Below, piece by piece: positions 57,006 to 64,000 of a DNA stretch of 64,000 nucleotides. This DNA is from Octopus sinensis (taxonomy: Eukaryota): positions 1 to 64,000 of the forward strand of contig NW_021824844.1 of NCBI RefSeq assembly GCF_006345805.1, given 5' to 3'. Each line of letters begins with the position of its first letter. Positions within the stretch are counted from its first letter, which is position 1. A program made the translations under genes and the position numbers. Below the pieces are notes generated by a model that was not told the DNA's origin, ran no database searches, and worked only from the letters and a program-made list of their open reading frames with translations.

Positions 57006-57357
57006 CACGCGTGCGCGCACACTTGCACACCCGCTATAAACGATGCAGATACGGATAATACTATGCTTCTAAATAAAAATACAAAGGCGGAATGGTCATG
57101 GGTGGAACCTCGTTGCTCAGCTTGATTAAAGGCCGACGTAGGGTTAGCCAAAAACAAAAAAAACAACAACAACAAGCTTATTGCTATTCGGACCGTAATC
57201 TAAATTAGAATACGGTGCGAATAAAAGGCGAGAGTGTCACGGTTGGAATGCTTGGTCTGTTTGAGTGTGGTTTCTCGATGGGGTAAGTTGACCTGAGGTG
57301 AAACAACATGCACGTAAACACACACACACACGCATATGTGTGTGTGTATAAACATAT

Positions 57358-57405
<48 letters not shown>

Positions 57406-57529
57406 TATATATATAATATATATATATATTGTGTGTGTGTGGTGTGTGTGTATACGCACGCATACACACACATTACAACATTGAGAAGGCAGGCAAATAT
57501 ATTTTGAAATGAAAAGAATTTATAGTATA

Positions 57530-57663
57530 ACACACATACATACATAAGTACATATACATACACGCATATATTTACACTTTAATATTTATATACACACATA
57601 GATAGATAGATGCATACATACATAGATAGATAGATGCATACATACATAGATAAATAGATAGAA

Positions 57664-57708
<45 letters not shown>

Positions 57709-58473
57709 TAGATAGATAGATAGATAGAATGATTATATATAATATATATATATATAGATAGATAGATAGAATGATATATTAATATATATATATATATATA
57801 TTATATATATAGATAGATATACATAGATAGAGAGATATAAAAGATGGATATAGATATATACACATACAAACATTACACAGATACATATATAAGATAGATA
57901 TATGTATAGATTCACACTTAAATACACACGTATACATATACACACATAAATACATACAGATAGGTCGATAGCTCGATAGACAAATAGATAGATGGATGGA
58001 TAGATAGAGAGATAGATAAATAGATAGATAGATAGATAGATATAGATAGATAGATAGATAGGTAGGTAGGTAGGTAGGTAGATAGATAGATAGATAGATA
58101 GACATAGATAGATAGACAGATAGATACATAGATATAGATAGATAGATATAGATAGATAGAGAGACAGACAGATAGATAGATAGACAAACGGATGGATGGA
58201 TGGATGAATGGAAATAGAGAGCGGTTACTAGCCATACACAGATAAATTGACAGATAGGTCGATCGATTGATATGCATACATATATTGATCGATAAATAAA
58301 ATATATATTGATCGATAAATAGATTTTACTGTGGTTTTCAATCAGTCTATCTATTTGGCTTACGTAGCCCGCGACATAAATAGATAAATAGACAGACAAA
58401 TAGATAGATGGATGGATAGATAGATATAGAGATATAGAGGGAGAGATGGATAGATAGATGGACATAGAGAGAT

Positions 58474-58522
<49 letters not shown>

Positions 58523-58699
58523 GAGAGATAGAGATAGATAGGTAGATATTTAGATAGATAGGCAGATAGCTGGATAGATAGAAGGATAGATGGATGGATA
58601 GATAGATAGATAGACAGACAGACAGATAGATAGATAGATAGATATAGAGATGGATAGATGGATAGATAGATAGATAGAGAGATAGATAGAGAGATGGAG

Positions 58700-58736
<37 letters not shown>

Positions 58737-58739
58737 TAA

Positions 58740-58792
<53 letters not shown>

Positions 58793-58793
58793 C

Positions 58794-58835
<42 letters not shown>

Positions 58836-60660
58836 ATACATAGATATATGGATAGATAGATAGATAAAAATACTATGAAGAGAGAGAGAGATGGGTTAAT
58901 ATGGTGTCTGGTGTATGTTTTACCTTGAGTGTGGCACTATTACGAAGACTGCCTGGCCAGGAATAGAACCCACAACACGGCAGAGATAGCATGTTTACGT
59001 GATACAAACCAACGGTGTGCTAATCAACTGAACAAAGCTCTCACCCTCCCTCTATCTATCTGTTTATCACCTCAACTCCCTCTCCCACTGTCACTTGCTC
59101 TTTCTCCCAGTCTCTCTGCTCCTCATCCTCTCTCTCTCTCTCTCGTTGATTCACTGTCTCCCACACTCTGCCTTTATTTATCTACTTCTCTATCTATCTA
59201 TCTATTTCTTGCCCCTTCTCTCTCCCACTGTCTTTCCCCTTTTCTCCCACTGTGGCTCTTACTGCTCCTCATCCTCTCTCACAGATTCTCTGTTTCCCTT
59301 CTTTCTCCCTCTCTCTCCCTTTTATATTCTTCCTCCCTTTTTCTGTCTCTACCACATACTGCTTCTCTTTCATCACCCCCTCTCTCAGTCTTTCTCTCTC
59401 TCTGTGTCTTCTGCTTGCTGTCTCCACATCCTGCATTCCCTCTCTCTATCTCACTCTGTCTTTGTCTATCCAGCTGACGCACTATTTCCCACCCTCTCTC
59501 ATTTACTATCTTCGTCTCCCTAATTTTTTCACACTACTACTCATTCTCTCTCTCTCTCTTCTTCCCTCCCTCTCCCACTGTCTAGCTAATTGACTCAGTT
59601 TCCTACATTCTCTTCCGTATACACCTCCCCCTCTCTCACCACCACCACCTTCATTACTGCCTTTCCTCGAAAACGGTGCCCCTCTCTCTATTGTATTACC
59701 ACACTCGAACACACTCCCCTTCACTCTTTCGCCCTTACTGCCTCCCTCTCTTTTCTTACTTCTCCTCCAAAAATGCCCCTCTATCTTTTCTTACTCCCTC
59801 TTCCTACACCACTGTTCCTTCTCTCGTTTTTATTACCTCTTCCCCTATCATAGTTCTCCCCTTTCTCTTTTTACTGCTTCTTCCTCCTGCACCCCTCTCT
59901 CTCTTTTTTTATTGCCTCTTTTCCTAACATGACCCCCCCCCTGTATATCTTTTCACTGTCTCTTCTAACGCTCCCTCTGTCTCTTTCTTTCCCTGTCACC
60001 CTTCCTCTCTCTCTCTCTCTCCACCTATTTCTCACACCTCTCTCTCTGTCTACCTCACTCAACACCGTCTTCTTTCCTATTCCACCACCGCCGCCGCCGC
60101 CGCCACCACCACCGTGACCGACCGAAAACTGCAGCAGCACGTCTGTCTGTCTTTCTGCCTGCCTGTCTGTCTCTTCCTTTTCTGCATCACCGATTCACAC
60201 ACGCACATACACACACACACATACACACACACACACACACAGACATACACACACACACATACACACACATACACACACACGCACACACACACACATACAC
60301 ACACGCACATACACACACACGCATACATACACACACACTCACACATACACGCACACACACACACATACACACACGAACACACACGCACATACACACACAC
60401 GCACACACACATACACACACACACGCACACATACACACACACTCACACATACACACACACACACGCACACACATACACACACACACATATACACACACAC
60501 GCACACACACACATACACACACACATACACACACACGCACACACACATACACGCACGCACACACACACATATACACACACACGTACACACATACATACAC
60601 GCACACATACACACACATACACACACATATACACACACACATACACACAGACACACACAC
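57530..60660. repeat. Simple-repeat block: (GATA)n 57530-58870, CT-rich 59040-60100, (CA)n 60200-60660
   Basis: Direct inspection. Confidence 0.95.
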
Positions 60661-63600
60661 ACACACTCCCACCACCAACACCACCACCTACACCATCCAA
60701 CATCACGGATGTTAACCACCAAAACACATTCACTGCTACCAAAAAGATGCCACACCTCAAGACTTCGGCTCAACCTGCTAGAAATAACAGCCAATCTCTC
60801 TCTCTCGCAAATCACACCTTACTCTTTACTCTCTCTCTTTTACTCTTTTACTTGTTTCAGTCATTTGACTGCGGCCATGCTGGAGCACCGCCCTTTAATC
60901 GAGCAACTCGACCCCAGGACTTATTCTTTTTTTGTAAGCCCAGTACTTATTCTGTCGGTCTGTTTTGCTGAACCGCTAAGTAACGGGGACATAAACACAC
61001 CAGCATCGGTTGTCAAGCAATTCTAGGGGGACAAACACAGACACACAAACATATATATACATATAAACTACGGGCTTCTTTCAGTTTCCATCTACCAAAT
61101 CCACTCACAAGGCATTGGTCGGCCCGAGGCTATAGCAGAAGACACTTGCCCAAGATGCCACGCAGTGGGACTGAACCTGGAACCATGTGGTTGGTAAGCA
61201 AGCTACTTACCACACAGCCACTCCTGCATATATATATATACGACGGGCTTCTTTCAGTTTCCGTCTACCGAATCAACTCACAAAGCTTTGGTCGGCCCGA
61301 GGCTATAGCAGAAGACACTTGTCCAAGGTGCCACGCAGTGGGACTGAACCCGGAACCATGTGGTTGGTAAACAAGCTACTTACCACACAGCCACTCCTTG
61401 CTATTTTATGTATACATGAGTGTGAGTGTGTGGGTGGTTCTATAGATATTTCATATTCTTTTACATATTTCAGTCATTGGACTCCGGCCATGCTGGGGCA
61501 CTGCTTCGAATTTTAGCTGAATGAACTAACACCAGTATTCATTACATTTTAAGCCTAGTACTTATTCTACTGGACTCTTTTGCCAAACTGTTAAGTTACA
61601 GGGACATAAACACACCAACACCGGTTGTCAAGCAGTAGAGTGTGTGGTGGGGACAAAAGACACACATACAAGCGTATATATATATATATATATGTATGTA
61701 TATATAGGTGTTGGAGTAGCAGTGTGGTAAGTAGCTTGCTTACCAACTACATGGCCCTGGGTTCAGTCCCACTGCATGGCACCTTAATGTCTTCTAATAT
61801 AGCCTTGGGCCAACCAAAGCCTTGCGAGTAGATTTGGCAGATGGAAACTGAAAGAAGCCCGTCATATATATATGACCAATAGAATAAGGTGGCAAGCTGG
61901 CAGAAACGTTAGCACACCAGCCGAAATGCTTAGCGGTATTTCGTCTGTCTTTACGTTCTGAGTTCAAATTCCACCAAGGTCGACTTTGCCTTTCATCCTT
62001 TCGGAGGTGATAAATTTAAGTACCTGTTACGCAGTTGGGTCGATATAATCGACTTAATCCTTGTCTCTGTCCTTGTTTGTCCCCTCTGTGTTTAGCCCCT
62101 TGTGAGCAATAAAGAAATAAGAGACCAGTAGAATAAATACTAGGCTTACAAAGAATAAGTCCTGGGGTCAATTTGCTCAACTAAATGTGGTGCTCCATGA
62201 TGGCCACAGTCAAATGATTGAAACAAGTAAACGAATAATAAAAAAGAACATTTCCACACACATAGTGAGTGGTTGGCATTTGGAAGGGCATCCAGCTGTA
62301 AAAATCATGCCAAAACTAGCGTCGCTTGTGCTAGTGTCATGTAAAAAGCACTGAGTCCATGTTGCAGGGTGGTTGGTGTTTGGAAGGGCATCCAGCTGTA
62401 AAAATCATGCCAAAACTAGCCTCGCTTGTGCTATTGCCATGTAAAAAGCACTGAGTCCATGTTGCAGGGTAGTTGGTGTTTGGAAGGGCATCCAGCCATA
62501 AAAACCCTGCCAGAACGGACACAGTAGCCAAGGGTAGTTTTCTACCTGGTCGGCTCCTGTCAGCTGTCCTACATATGCACGCATGGAAGATGGACGTTAA
62601 ATGATGATATAGACACAGGCTTGGATGTGTGATAAGAAGCTCATTTCCTAACCACATGGTTCAGGGTTCAGTCCCACCCTGGGCATGTGTCTTCTACTAT
62701 AACCTTGTGGGTGGATTTGTCAGAAAGAAGCTTATCATGATGGAGAAATTGTACAAAATATATAAATGGATGATGAGTAAAGCATTGGCACAGTGTATAT
62801 ATCTATGTGTGTTTGTGTCTGTGTTTGTCCCCCATGACTTAGCAATTCAGCAAAAGAGATCAATAGAATAAGTACCTGGCCGCCCTGACTGGCTTCTGTG
62901 CCGGTGACATGTAAAAAGCACCAATCCGATCGTGGCCGTTGCCAGCCTTGCCTGGCACCTGTGCCGGTGGCACGTAAAAAGCACCCACTACACTCATGGA
63001 GTGGTTGGCGTTAGGAAAGGCATCCAGCTGAAGAAACACTGCCAGATCAAGACTGGAGCCTGGTGCAGCCTCCTGGCTTCCCAGACCCGAGTTGAACCGT
63101 CCAACTCATGCTAGCGCGGAAAACGGACGTTAAACGATGATGATGATGATGATGATGATATATAGATATATATATATATATAGGTACGTATGGCTTGTGG
63201 TTAGGGTGCTTGCTTCCTAGCTACATGGTTTCGGGTTCAGTCCCACTGCGTGACACTTTGGGTAGGTGTCCTTCCACTATACCCTGAGCCGACCGGAGCT
63301 TTGTGATTGAATTCGGTAGGCGGGAGTTACTGCCGTGTGTGTAATGTGTGCGTCTAGCTGCCATTGCTCTCTGAAAGTGAGAGAGGATATATATAATATA
63401 TATTAAGGCGGCGAGCTTGTAGAAACGTTAGCACGCCGGGCGAAATTCGTAGCCGTATTTCGTCTGTCGTTACGTTCCGTTTTCAAATTCCGCCGAGGTC
63501 GACTTTGCCTTTCATCCTTTCGGGGTCGATAAATTAAGTACCAGTTACGCACTGGGGTCGATGTAGTCGACTTAATCCCTTTGTCTGTCCTTGTTTGTCC

Positions 63601-64000
63601 CCTCTGTGTTTAGCCCCTTGTGGGTAGTAAAGAAATATATATATATATATATACACACATACACCCAAATAGATGTTTACAAACAACGACTGTGCATGCA
63701 CACACACACAGATAAACATGCATTCACAAAAACATATACACACCAACACATCCATCCATTCATACATATGCACACACACACACACGAACAGACTCATACA
63801 CATTCACAAAAATTACACCAACACATATATGTACACACATTCACAAAAAGAGACCTTTTGTCTAATGACTGAAACAAGTAAAAGAATGAAAGAATAAAAA
63901 AATAAACAAATACAAAGACACACACACACACACACAAAATACTCACACCCACACACATTTTTTAATTCTTTCACCTGTTTCAGTTTTTGGACTGTAGCCA

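Noticed and set aside
58925-59030. Minus-strand ATG...AAG|GTAAAA mini-ORF (MLSLPCCGF...) as first exon
   Set aside because: Phase 0 does not fit exon 1 (phase 2), and the sequence resembles a decayed SINE head (GGGTTCTATTCCTGGCCAGG B-box)
62281-62500. Exact 100-bp period here and at 38081-38380
   Set aside because: Unrelated sequences; the equal period is best explained as coincidence of local duplications

Overview
Repeat-dense animal genomic DNA. The SINE repertoire and microsatellite load point to an Octopus-type coleoid cephalopod (inference). One protein-coding gene can be reconstructed, on the minus strand: a Ca2+/calmodulin-dependent protein kinase kinase (CaMKK, CAMKK1/2 family). It has 15 coding exons from 35337 down to 6225 with phase-consistent GT-AG junctions (~813 aa), including two micro-exons of 22 and 26 nt. 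Its large first coding exon carries a single +1 frameshift (extra G at 34260/34261), most likely an assembly error. The rest is introns and upstream sequence filled with tRNA-derived SINEs (often as head-to-tail concatemers), decayed LINEs (CR1/L2, RTE), non-autonomous Helitrons, MITEs, Penelope-like remnants and long microsatellites. The most interesting non-gene signal is a pair of related ~350-nt intronic elements (11101-11591 minus; 23195-23609 plus). Each has a minimal type-I hammerhead ribozyme fold, a shared structured block starting 26-27 nt after the predicted cleavage site, and terminal redundancy. This resembles a retrozyme or Penelope pseudo-LTR unit, and the two hammerheads show structural covariation. 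Several long hairpins also lie next to CaMKK splice sites. Almost all long ORFs in the supplied track are microsatellite artefacts.
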